From: an uncultured Verrucomicrobiae bacterium
GTDB lineage: Bacteria; Verrucomicrobiota; Verrucomicrobiia; Opitutales; JABDGR01
Length of the DNA: 64,000 nt
Assembly (NCBI GenBank): GCA_963765205.1
Contig: CAVXVB010000005.1
Coordinates: 576,001-640,000 of the forward strand
Reading direction: 5' to 3'
The position numbers were made by a program, and so were the translations under genes. Positions within the stretch are counted from its first letter, which is position 1; each line of letters opens with the position of its first letter. Under the pieces are notes generated by a model, which had not been told where the DNA came from, did not search any database, and saw only the letters and a list, made by a program, of their open reading frames with translations. This document shows, in pieces, positions 20,515 through 29,688 of the stretch.

Positions 20515-21507
20515 CTGCTGCTGGCCCACGGCGGCGAGGTGTTCGCCGAGGAGGGTGAGGAAGCGCGGGGTGAATTGCGCCAGCGATTCGTTGACATTGA
20601 AGCCGGCGGCGCAGGCGTGGCCGCCGCCGCCGAAGCGCTGCGCGAATCGGTGCATGGCATAACGCGGGTCTTTGGCCCGCAGGCTGCCTTTGACCGCGTG
20701 GTTGCGCTCCTCGAGCAGCACGCCGACCTCCACGCCTTCGATGGCCCGCGCGTATTCCACCAAGCCCTCGGTGTCCTCGCGGCTTGCGCCGGTGGCGGTG
20801 AAATCGCTGTCCCGCAAAAAGCCAACGCACACGCGCCCGTTAAATTCACTGCGCAAGGAATGGAGGAAGGCTTGCAGCAGCCGCGTCTTGCCGAGAGTTT
20901 CGCGCTCATACAACTGGTGCGCCGCCGCGCCGGGGTCGGCGCCGCACGCCATGAGTTGCGCGCAGAGGCGGAAAACCTGCGGCGTGGTCGAGGGGTAGCG
21001 GAATTGACCGGTGTCGGTCGCGATACCGAGGTAGAGCGCCTGCGCAGTCACGGCGTCCACCGGCAAATTCGTGTCGAAGAAAAACCCGGCGAGCACCTCG
21101 GCAGTGGCGGAAGTTTGGGCCAGGACGAAGTTGTGCTCGGCAAAGCCGCCGTTCGAGACGTGGTGGTCCACCGCGAGGAACGGTTTCGGGAACAGCTCGA
21201 GCAGGCGTGGGCCGAGGCGGCTCAGGTCGGCGCAATCCACGCAAGCCGCCGCCGTGCCAGGGGCGGGCGCGTAATCGGCCGCGCGCCGCCAGGGCGTGTC
21301 GCCCACGAATTCGGCGAGCAGTCGCGGCACCGGGTCCTGGTTGACGGCCACGGCGTCCACGCCACCGGCGCGCAGGACGCGCGTGAGTGCTACTTGCGAG
21401 CCGATGCAATCGCCATCTGGGCGCAGGTGCCCGAGCACGGCGACGGGCCGGGCGCGCAGGCCATCGAGCAGTTGGCGGAAGGCGGGGGACTGGGCGGGGA
21501 AAAACAT
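20506..21507 (-). CDS. nrnA: DHH-family phosphoesterase (NrnA-like)
   Basis: HLRPDGDC, VDC, VDHH, GIATDTG, GGGHACAAG; downstream of rbfA. Confidence 0.92.
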   Translation of the reverse strand: MFFPAQSPAFRQLLDGLRARPVAVLGHLRPDGDCIGSQVALTRVLRAGGVDAVAVNQDPVPRLLAEFVGDTPWRRAADYAPAPGTAAACVDCADLSRLGPRLLELFPKPFLAVDHHVSNGGFAEHNFVLAQTSATAEVLAGFFFDTNLPVDAVTAQALYLGIATDTGQFRYPSTTPQVFRLCAQLMACGADPGAAAHQLYERETLGKTRLLQAFLHSLRSEFNGRVCVGFLRDSDFTATGASREDTEGLVEYARAIEGVEVGVLLEERNHAVKGSLRAKDPRYAMHRFAQRFGGGGHACAAGFNVNESLAQFTPRFLTLLGEHLAAVGQQQEL

Positions 21508-21514
21508 GGGTCGA

Positions 21515-21599
21515 AATTAAGAAGTCAAAATTAAGAAGTAAGAAGTAAAGACCCAAACGGTGGAAATTCCGCACGCATTTTATTTTTTAATTCTTAATT
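21515..21599. repeat. Opposed 7-mer tandem arrays
   Basis: AATTAAG-AAGTCAA-AATTAAG-AAGTAAG-AAGTAAA then inverted TTTATTTTTTAATTCTTAATT. Confidence 0.7.
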
Positions 21600-21969
21600 A
21601 TTCCTCTTCTGTTTTGGGTTGGCCCTTGAACTCTCCTTTAGCTTCCAAATCATCGAGGATGGCGAGGGTGCGGTTGCCGCGCACGAGGGAGTCGTCGAAA
21701 TGGAAGCTCAGCGTGGGCGTGTATTTGAGGATGACGCGCTTGAAGACGCGTGTGCGCAGCTCGCCTTTAATTTCATCGAGCAATTGATCCGCCTCGTGCC
21801 GGGCCATGGCGTTGCCAAGCACGGTGTAATAAACGCGCGCGGCGCGCAGGTCGGGCGTCACGTCCACTTCGGTGAACGTGATGCTGACGGCTTGCTCGCG
21901 AAAGCGGGTGTGCAGCAAATCGCTCAGTTCGCGCAGGAGCAGTTCGTTAATGCGGAGGACGCGCGACAT
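21598..21969 (-). CDS. rbfA: Ribosome-binding factor A
   Basis: RVLRINELL, VDVTPDLRAARVY, LKYTPTLSFHFDDS; downstream of infB. Confidence 0.95.
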   Translation of the reverse strand: MSRVLRINELLLRELSDLLHTRFREQAVSITFTEVDVTPDLRAARVYYTVLGNAMARHEADQLLDEIKGELRTRVFKRVILKYTPTLSFHFDDSLVRGNRTLAILDDLEAKGEFKGQPKTEEE

Positions 21970-22083
21970 CGGAAGAAGAGATGGGAGGAATGAGAAGAAG
22001 GAGAGAAATGCGAGACGGGCGCCACTTTCCCCGGTGCGGTTGGGCGGGCGGGTGCTGGCGCGGATGCGCGCGCGCGGGAATGA

Positions 22084-24592
22084 TTATAGGGACGGCTTGA
22101 TTTGTAAAATCTCGAAGCATTCGACCACGTCGCCGGGCTGGTAATCGTCGAAGCCGTCGAGGCGGATGCCGCACTCAAAGCCAGCGCGCACTTCGCTGGC
22201 GTCGTCCTTGAAGCGCTTGAGGGTGTCCACGCGCCCGGTGAAGAGGGCCACATCCTTGCGCAGGATGCGCGCGGGGCCGGCGCGGGCGACCCGGCCTTCG
22301 GTGACCATACAGCCGGCGACAAAGCCTTTGGCCAGCGGGAAGACCTGGCGCACTTCGGCGGCGCCGATTTTATTCTCGCGCAGCTCGGGGTCGAGCAGCT
22401 CGGCCATGGCGTCGCGCACCTGGTTGATCAACTCGTAAATGATGTCGTGCTGGATGATGCGCGCGCCCTTGTGCTTGGCCATCGAGGCCACGCCGTTCTC
22501 CAATTTGACGTTGAAGGCGACGACGGCGGCGCCGGCGGTGCTGGCCGTGATGACGTTGTTCGGGCTGACGGGGCCGACCTCGGCGGCGACGACTTCAAGC
22601 TTCACCTTATCGCTCTTGATGTCCTGGAGGCAGGCGGCCAGCGCCTCGACCGTGCCATGCACGTCGCCCTTGATGACGACGCGGAAAACTTTTTGCTTCG
22701 TTTCCTTGATGGCCTGCAGCAGGGCGGTCAAATCGGCGACGCGCTCGACGGGGTTGTCCGCGAGGGTGTCGTGGCGCAAGGTGCGGGCGGCGGCCTCAGC
22801 AAGGGCTTTCGCCTCGCGGTCGTTCTTGACGGTGTGGAATTGGGCGCCGGCATCGGGCGCGCCGGACCAGCCGAGCAGGCGCGCGGGCGTGCCGGGCGGC
22901 ACGGACTTGAGCGGCTCGCCGCGGTCATTCACCATCGCGCGCACTTTGCAATAATGGGGGCCGCAGACGAGCGCGGCACCGGGCTTGAGCGCGCCCTTTT
23001 CGACGATGATGGTGGCGGTGGCGCCGCGGCCGATTTCGACCTGCGAATCAATCACCACGCCTTCCGCGGGACACTGCGGATTGGCCTTCAATTCGAGGAT
23101 TTCGGCCTGGAGCAAAATCGCGTCGAGCAGCTTGTCCACATTCAGACCCTTGAGCGCGGAAACCGGTTCGCACAACGTCTCCCCACCCCAGTCTTCGGAG
23201 GTGATGCCGTGCTGCTGCATGGCCTGCTTGACGCGGTCAATGTTCGCGCCTTTGGCGTCCATTTTGTTAATGGCAACAATGACGGGCACGCCAGCTTTTT
23301 GGGCGAAGCTGAGCGCCTCCTCCGTTTGCGGCATGAAGCCGTCGTCCGCCGCGACGACGAGCACGGCGATGTCGGTGAGGTTCGCGCCGCGTTCGCGCAT
23401 TTTGGAGAAGGCGGCGTGGCCCGGTGTGTCGAGGAAGGTGATCTTGTGCTGGTTGTGCTCGATTTGATACGCGCCGGTGTGCTGCGTGATGCCGCCGGCT
23501 TCGCCCGCCACCACGTTGGTCTTGCGAATGGCGTCCAGCAGCGTGGTTTTGCCGTGGTTGACGTGGCCGAGCACGCAAACGACGGGCGGACGCGGGACGA
23601 GAAACTTGGATTCATCCACCGGTGGCGGCTCGGGTTTCTTGACGGGAGCCGGCCCGGCGGGCCCTTGTTCGCCGCGATGCTTGATTTCGAGCGTGCAACC
23701 ATGGCGGCGCGCCAAACGCACAGCGACTTCTTCGTCCACTGCCTGATTCATGGAAGCGAAGATGTTCATCTCCATCATTTCGGAGATGAGGCGAAAGGGT
23801 TTGACCCCGAGCAGGGTGGCCAGGTCGCGCACAATAATTGGCGGCTTAATCGGGATCACCCGTCCATCGCTCATCGGTTCCGGCGCGGCAGTGGGGGCCA
23901 GCGGCGAAGGTGGGGGTAGGGGTGGCTTGGAGCTTGCCTCCGCGGGCACGGGCGGGGGCACACTTTTGGCCGGCGGGGGGGGCGTCCGGGAGGTGGGCGG
24001 GGGCAAACTGGGCGCCCGCCCGCCCGAGGGCGGCGCGCTCTTGGGCTTGGTCCCTCCGCCGCCTCCTCCGGAATTGGGCACCGAAGGCGAAGGCGCGGAA
24101 CCGCGACCCACCCGCGCCGCCCCCCATGCCAGGATAGCGGACGGCAGGGCCGGAGGATTGTTGCGGGGGCGCAAACGAAGTGGGCTTGGCCGGCATTTGC
24201 GGCAGGCGCGGGGGCAATTTCGGCGCGGCCAGCGTGGCGGCGGGCGACGCGAAGCCAACAGGGTTGCGGGTCGCGGCGGCGGCGGCTTTCGCGGCGGCCT
24301 CCGCCGCCTCGCGTTCCCGGCGTTCCCGGTCAAGGATTTCGGGTGTCTTAACCACGCCAGCCGGGGGCAGCGCAGGCTTGGGCGCCACGGGTGCGACCGG
24401 CGCCGGCTCGGGGGTGGCCGCCACCGGGGTCATCCGGTCCTTGAATTTTTCCACAATCGCGGCCGCCGTGATATTATCCACGGTCGAGGAGGGGCTTTTT
24501 ACGTCGTAATTAAACTGTTGCTTCAGGATGTCCATCAGCTCCTTGTTCTCCATGTTCAGCTGTTTGGAGAGGTTGTGGACGCGTACGCTCAT
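22084..24592 (-). CDS. infB: Translation initiation factor IF-2 (apparent +1 frameshift near 24108)
   Basis: IF2_N ([12 protein letters not shown]) in one frame, G-domain ([17 protein letters not shown]) and C-terminus ([17 protein letters not shown]) in another; between nusA and rbfA. Confidence 0.95.
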
Positions 24593-24687
24593 ATCGGGAG
24601 ATGGAGGGACTTCAGGAACTGCGGCGGGGAAAGGTGGTAATATTACAAAGGGAGGAGAAAAAAAGCGGAAGCACGCGGCGGCGTGGG

Positions 24688-25965
24688 TTAGACGCCATTC
24701 TCAACGGCCGCGCCGTTTTGGCTATTGCCGCGCGCGGATGCCAGCCGCTTGATGACTTCTTCGGCCTCTTTGGCAGTAAAGCCGGCACCCACCAAATCCT
24801 CGGCGGAAACGCCTTCAGCGGCCTCGAGGGAATTGATGCCCATGGCGACGAGTTTCGCGGCGTGCGCCTCGGAGATGCCCTCGACGTGGCCGATGCCGGC
24901 GATGGCCTTTTGTTTGCGCTCCTCAAAGCCCAGCGGTTCCTGCTTCTCGCGCGAGATGTCGAGTTTCCACCCGATGAGGCGCGAGGTGAGTTTGGCGTTC
25001 TGGCCGCCTCGCCCGATGGCGATGGCGAGGTCTTTTTCGGCGACCTCGAAGTAAATGCGTCGGTTGCGCTCGTCCACCCGGGCGTTTTTGGGCAACGCCG
25101 GCTTGATGGCCTCTTCGAGCATCCGCTGCGGGTCGGGATAAAAGCGGATGATGTCAATTTTCTCGCCACCGAGTTCGCGCACAATGCTCTTGACCCGCGC
25201 GCCGCGCGCGCCGACGCAGGCGCCGACGGGGTCCACCTTCTGGTCGGTGGTGTTGACGGAAATTTTCGTGCGGTAGCCCGGTTCGCGCGCCATGGCCTCG
25301 ATGGTCACGGTGCCGTCGGAAATTTCGGCCACCTCAAGCTCGAACAACCGGCGCACAAACTTGGCGCTGGCGCGCGAGAGGATGATTTCCGGCCCGCGCG
25401 CGGTGTTCTCGATGTTAAGCAACAGGCAGCGGATGCGCTCGCCCGGCGCGTAGTTCTCGCCGGGGATGGATTCGCGTGGGGGCAGGGTGGCCTCGGTCTT
25501 GCCCAGTTCGATCATCAAGTCGCCGCGCTCGCGGCGGCGGACGGTGCCGGTGACGATGTCGCCGACCATGTCCTTGTATTCCTCGTAAATGCGGTCTTTC
25601 TCGAACTGGCGCACGCGCTGCATGATGGCCTGGCGGGCCGTCTGCGCGGCGATGCGGCCCAGCAGCGCGGGGTCAATTTCCTTGGCAATCACGTCGCCGA
25701 GCTTGGGGGCGGCGGAATACAGATGGGCCTTTTCGATGTGGATTTCGGTGGAGGGGTCGGCCACAGAGTCCACGACTTTGAAGGAAGCCCAGGCCTTGAG
25801 CGCGCCTGTCTTGGGGTTGATCTCGACGCGCAAGTCCTGGCCGAAGCCCACGCCCTTGGCCGCGGCGCCGCGAATGGCCTGGGTGATCGCCTCGATCATG
25901 TCGGCGCGGCTGATGCCCTTTTCCTTCTCCATGTATTCCAAAACGGTGAGGATTTCGTTGCTCAT
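24688..25965 (-). CDS. nusA: Transcription termination factor NusA
   Basis: [41 protein letters not shown]. Confidence 0.97.
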   Translation of the reverse strand: MSNEILTVLEYMEKEKGISRADMIEAITQAIRGAAAKGVGFGQDLRVEINPKTGALKAWASFKVVDSVADPSTEIHIEKAHLYSAAPKLGDVIAKEIDPALLGRIAAQTARQAIMQRVRQFEKDRIYEEYKDMVGDIVTGTVRRRERGDLMIELGKTEATLPPRESIPGENYAPGERIRCLLLNIENTARGPEIILSRASAKFVRRLFELEVAEISDGTVTIEAMAREPGYRTKISVNTTDQKVDPVGACVGARGARVKSIVRELGGEKIDIIRFYPDPQRMLEEAIKPALPKNARVDERNRRIYFEVAEKDLAIAIGRGGQNAKLTSRLIGWKLDISREKQEPLGFEERKQKAIAGIGHVEGISEAHAAKLVAMGINSLEAAEGVSAEDLVGAGFTAKEAEEVIKRLASARGNSQNGAAVENGV

Positions 25966-25994
25966 GGCGGCGGGAGGTCGGTGAAAAATGGGAT

Positions 25995-26023
25995 AAAAAA
26001 AAGCGGGTGCGGAACACCCACTT
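25995..26023 (-). terminator. Leader attenuator hairpin of nusA operon (rimP-leader-like)
   Basis: Minus strand AAGTGGGTG-TTCCG-CACCCGCTT followed by a T run, between promoter and nusA start. Confidence 0.75.
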
Positions 26024-26052
26024 CTTTTCATGGAAGTGTTGTAGAATCCTGA

Positions 26053-26081
26053 CGTTTACCACCCCCAAGGGGGCGTGTCAA
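26053..26081 (-). promoter_or_regulatory. Sigma70-type promoter of nusA operon
   Basis: TTGACA-17 nt-TAAACG on minus strand. Confidence 0.6.
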
Positions 26082-26084
26082 GGA

Positions 26085-28382
26085 TTAGGCAGTGCTTTGA
26101 TACTCACGCCACCACACCCAGCCCAGGCCAACCGCCCAGGCCAGCCACGCCAGGCCCGAAATCAGCAAACCCTCCTGGAAAGACGGCGGGGCATATTCAA
26201 CGACGAGATGATGATGCCCGGCCTGGAGGGGAATCGCGCGCACGATATAATCCGCGGGCATAATGTCGTAATGAGTCTGCCCGCTGTCCGCCAGCGCCCG
26301 CGCTCGCCAGTCGCGGCTGTATAAATCGGTGATCAGGAGCAGCGTCGGCGCGGGGGTGTCCGCTACGATGGTCAGCGAATCGCTGGTGATGTCCGAAACT
26401 TGCACCGTGCCCGGCGCGGCGTTGGCTTGCGGGCGGGGTGCAGGCTCGGTTTCGAGATAGACGGTTTTCACCGGGTCAAAGTCCGGCTTCACCAACACCG
26501 CGAGAATGGCGTCGCGTCCGGGTAATACCTGGTAATTTGAGACCAACAGCGCCCTCGGCAGCGGGTTGGTGTTATGAAAAACGTGAAATTCGCCCGGTTT
26601 GGTTGGGATCGGCATAAAGGCCACGCCAAAGCGCACGAGGCCGAACGCCCGCGGGATCTTGCTAAACTCCACATATTGGCCCGCCGCGTTGAGGTCGCCG
26701 CTCTGCGAGAACTGGATAAACTCCGCGTAGCGTTTCAAAACAAAAGGGTCGTTACCCCACATGCTGGAAACCCCCAGAAAGTAATTGTCATACGGCCGTG
26801 CCGGATTGAGCATGCGGTAATCGCCGGGATGCGCGGCGATAAAATCGTGAAACAATGGTGGAGTCAGATCGGCGAGGCGTGCACTCGCCAGATTGGTGTT
26901 CGCAAAACCCACCATCTCGATGGGCAACAGCGCCAAGGGCGCCCAGCGCCAGCCCGCTTGCCATCGGGCCAGCAATAACGAGATCCCCAATAACGCCGAC
27001 AGCGCCCCGCCCATGGCCAGCGCATGGCCAGCTTCGACGCCGGCGTCGTGGATAAATTGCCCGTCCGCAGCCTGGGTGGCGCTCAGGTAACTGTCCGGGC
27101 TGTGTTGGAGGTAAGCCATCAGGCCGGCGATGTTGCCGGGCAGGTTTCCAATGAAAAGTCCCGCGCTGAGTAGGCCTGCGCCGGCAACCAATAACAGCTG
27201 GGCAAAAATTTTCGGGCCGAGACGCCCGCGAATCACAGCATCCGCCCCCGCCGCGAGGGCCATCACGCCAAAGAGCGCCAGCGGGAAGGCGAATTTGGCC
27301 AGTGCGCGAAACTTGTCGAAACCCGGCGCGTGGTCATAAAGCAGGCGCAGGAGCGGCGTATTGTCCCCCAGAGCAAGCAACAGTAACAAAGCCGCCATCA
27401 CCCAATCGCAACGTGCGCGTCTCCCCTGCTCGCGATCCAGCGCGGCCAGCGCGGCCAGGGCCAGGCCCGTCACACCGATGAACGGGATTGCTTCCCAAAA
27501 ATAACCGCGCCCCCAGTAAGGGTGTGCGGTCAAGTCGCCGAAAAATCCCGGCGCGATCAGCGTCAGCAAGTTTTCCGGGGGAAAGGAGAACATGCGCACG
27601 AAGCTGTAATCCAGGGAGCCTTGCCGCACGCTCTCCGCCGTCGCCGCGAAGCCCGGCCACAACTGCGCCGCCGCCAGCGCCGCGCCGCCCAGATAGGCCG
27701 CCGCCACCAGCGGCAGCGCCCGCCACCGCACGGCTGGATCAACCACCGATTGCACCACGGCGTGCAGGCCCGCGGCAATAGCCACATAAAACACAAATTG
27801 CGGCTGGCCGGCCAGAATCTGGAGTGCCACCGCCGCCGCCGCCAACAGCAACGGCCGCAGCACCGGCCCGCGCCACGCCGCCTCCAACGCGAGCAAAATC
27901 CACGGCGCCCACGCCGTCGCGCAGACATTTGAAACATGCCCGGCATACAAACGCGGAAACACCGGCCCGCTCAGCGCGATGGTCACACCCGCCAGCGCCG
28001 CCGCCAGCGGATGGCACCCGCGGCGCGCCGCCCAATAACCCACGCCCCAGCCCAAAATGAGCAGATGCAGGAGAAACGATAAATTCATGGCTCGCGCCAG
28101 CGGCAAAAACAAAAAAATGACATTCGGCGGATACAACTCCGCCGACTGGAAATCCCCCAGGAACGGCTCCCCGGCATAGGTGTAGGGATCCCAGAGCGGG
28201 AAATGCCCCGCGCGAATGCCATCCGCCGTAATCGCGCGCCACGAGGCCTGTTGCCCCACGTCGCCGACGGCCGATGAGAGAAACAAGTCCCCCGGCAGCA
28301 ACTCCACAACGACCATCGCCGCGACAATGCTGAGCAAGGCCCAAAGCCAAAGACGGCGGCGTGAGTAAATTGAGGCGGGCAT
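26085..28382 (-). CDS. YfhO-like polytopic membrane protein (probable GT-C glycosyltransferase)
   Basis: GHFPLWDPYTYAGEPF...LYPPN, many TMs, C-terminal LLITDLYSRDWRA...RAIPLQAGHHHLVVEY. Confidence 0.8.
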   Translation of the reverse strand: MPASIYSRRRLWLWALLSIVAAMVVVELLPGDLFLSSAVGDVGQQASWRAITADGIRAGHFPLWDPYTYAGEPFLGDFQSAELYPPNVIFLFLPLARAMNLSFLLHLLILGWGVGYWAARRGCHPLAAALAGVTIALSGPVFPRLYAGHVSNVCATAWAPWILLALEAAWRGPVLRPLLLAAAAVALQILAGQPQFVFYVAIAAGLHAVVQSVVDPAVRWRALPLVAAAYLGGAALAAAQLWPGFAATAESVRQGSLDYSFVRMFSFPPENLLTLIAPGFFGDLTAHPYWGRGYFWEAIPFIGVTGLALAALAALDREQGRRARCDWVMAALLLLLALGDNTPLLRLLYDHAPGFDKFRALAKFAFPLALFGVMALAAGADAVIRGRLGPKIFAQLLLVAGAGLLSAGLFIGNLPGNIAGLMAYLQHSPDSYLSATQAADGQFIHDAGVEAGHALAMGGALSALLGISLLLARWQAGWRWAPLALLPIEMVGFANTNLASARLADLTPPLFHDFIAAHPGDYRMLNPARPYDNYFLGVSSMWGNDPFVLKRYAEFIQFSQSGDLNAAGQYVEFSKIPRAFGLVRFGVAFMPIPTKPGEFHVFHNTNPLPRALLVSNYQVLPGRDAILAVLVKPDFDPVKTVYLETEPAPRPQANAAPGTVQVSDITSDSLTIVADTPAPTLLLITDLYSRDWRARALADSGQTHYDIMPADYIVRAIPLQAGHHHLVVEYAPPSFQEGLLISGLAWLAWAVGLGWVWWREYQSTA

Positions 28383-28448
28383 GGGGTCCAAAGCAAGCTC
28401 ATCCAAAAAAACGCAAAACCCCGAGCCGCGCGATAGAAAATCTGCCGA

Positions 28449-28694
28449 TCAACTCCGCCCGGAAGCGGTGGTTGTTTTTTTAGCCGGTCTGGCGGCAGCC
28501 GCGCTGGCCAAATTTTTGCCGGCGGCGGGCCAGCCGGATTTTTTCATCGCCAAACCCATGCGCTCAAGCGCGGCCACCCGTGCTTCCCAATTGGCTCCCG
28601 GCACCGTTTGAAAACTGGCGTTTTGCTGGCGAACAATTTCGGCCCAAGGGATGAGGTGGCTCATGGGGATGGTATCCTCGGTGGCTGTTTTCAA
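28449..28694 (-). CDS. Small hypothetical protein (partner of upstream nucleotidyltransferase-like gene)
   Basis: 81 aa ORF starting 5 nt after the upstream stop; start uncertain. Confidence 0.5.
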   Translation of the reverse strand: MKTATEDTIPMSHLIPWAEIVRQQNASFQTVPGANWEARVAALERMGLAMKKSGWPAAGKNLASAAAARPAKKTTTASGRS

Positions 28695-28699
28695 GATCG

Positions 28700-29218
28700 C
28701 TATTCAGGCTCTAGGGCACGGTGTTGTTTTACAAAATTCCTCCACTTTTCGACCAGTGAATGACGAAGGAGTATCTGCTGGAATTTCTCTTCGTTCAACT
28801 GTTGTCCGATCCAAAACCCGGCCAAACGCACCAAATCTTTTGGGCGCCCAACCTGCAGCATTATCGCCGCAAGGTGCTCAGCCGTCAATACCCGGGTTGG
28901 GGTTTGCCCAAAAAGAACCTCGCGGGATTGCTCCAAAGCCTCCTGCGTCAAAGGATTGCTGATTGGCAAAAACTGCACCAGCCATTTCCCCACCCGAAAC
29001 CCCACCGATTCCAAGGGATGACCGTGCTCCTGCATAAATTTACTAATCGGACTCATATCCACTAGGCCACCCTTAAGGCGGACCGGAATCAGCACATCCA
29101 AATCCTCAGTGAACGTGGGCTGGATATAATACGCCGCGCCGACGGCTCCAGCGATGGCATATTTTTCAATAATGCCGTCGCCGACCATCAAGTTTAACAC
29201 GCGCAAGGTATCTTCCAT
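28700..29218 (-). CDS. Nucleotidyltransferase-like protein (pol-beta superfamily)
   Basis: YAIAGAVG...TFTEDLDV motif and RPKD motif. Confidence 0.7.
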   Translation of the reverse strand: MEDTLRVLNLMVGDGIIEKYAIAGAVGAAYYIQPTFTEDLDVLIPVRLKGGLVDMSPISKFMQEHGHPLESVGFRVGKWLVQFLPISNPLTQEALEQSREVLFGQTPTRVLTAEHLAAIMLQVGRPKDLVRLAGFWIGQQLNEEKFQQILLRHSLVEKWRNFVKQHRALEPE

Positions 29219-29223
29219 GGTCG

Positions 29224-29628
29224 TCAAAAAACCACTCTCGCCGGGGGTGTGTCAAGGATGGGTCGAAAGCAGGCAATGTCTTGCTTAGGTCGGCTTGAGT
29301 AGATTTCATCTGGATTTTGACGTCTCCAACATAAAAATTTAGCATTAGCCGTTGACCCCATTGCCTTAATTGCCGCCTCGTTGTCGAAACCGGGAAGTTT
29401 TTGAAGTCGACGAAGAAGTTCGGTGAAACCCTCGGCGTATTGTGGAACTACACATCCAGATTTCTTATCTGAATTAAGCAATAATAGAAACACGTCCTCC
29501 TGTAATGGCCCTTCATCAGTCGTCAAAATACCAACTTCCGCAAGATCGCTCCATTCAAAAACTTCTTGAACTCCATCAGCGCGAAGGTGCGTGACGGCAT
29601 CGTCAGTGAATATGACTTGGTCACGCAT
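29224..29628 (-). CDS. Hypothetical protein, AT-richer than flanks
   Basis: 134 aa ORF (WSDLAEVGILTTDEGPLQEDVF...RLQKLPGFDNEA); atypical codon usage. Confidence 0.7.
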   Translation of the reverse strand: MRDQVIFTDDAVTHLRADGVQEVFEWSDLAEVGILTTDEGPLQEDVFLLLLNSDKKSGCVVPQYAEGFTELLRRLQKLPGFDNEAAIKAMGSTANAKFLCWRRQNPDEIYSSRPKQDIACFRPILDTPPARVVF

Positions 29629-29688
29629 GTTTTTACTTGAAAAAAACTTAAAAAAATCATTAGATCACATATCGGTTTTGTAGCGCCC

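Noticed and set aside
24095..24130. Programmed frameshifting in infB
   Set aside because: No canonical slippery heptamer or evident stimulator; a single extra G in a G-rich tract explains it more simply
23880..24430. Pro/Ala-rich low-complexity stretch as a repeat element
   Set aside because: It is the variable linker of IF-2
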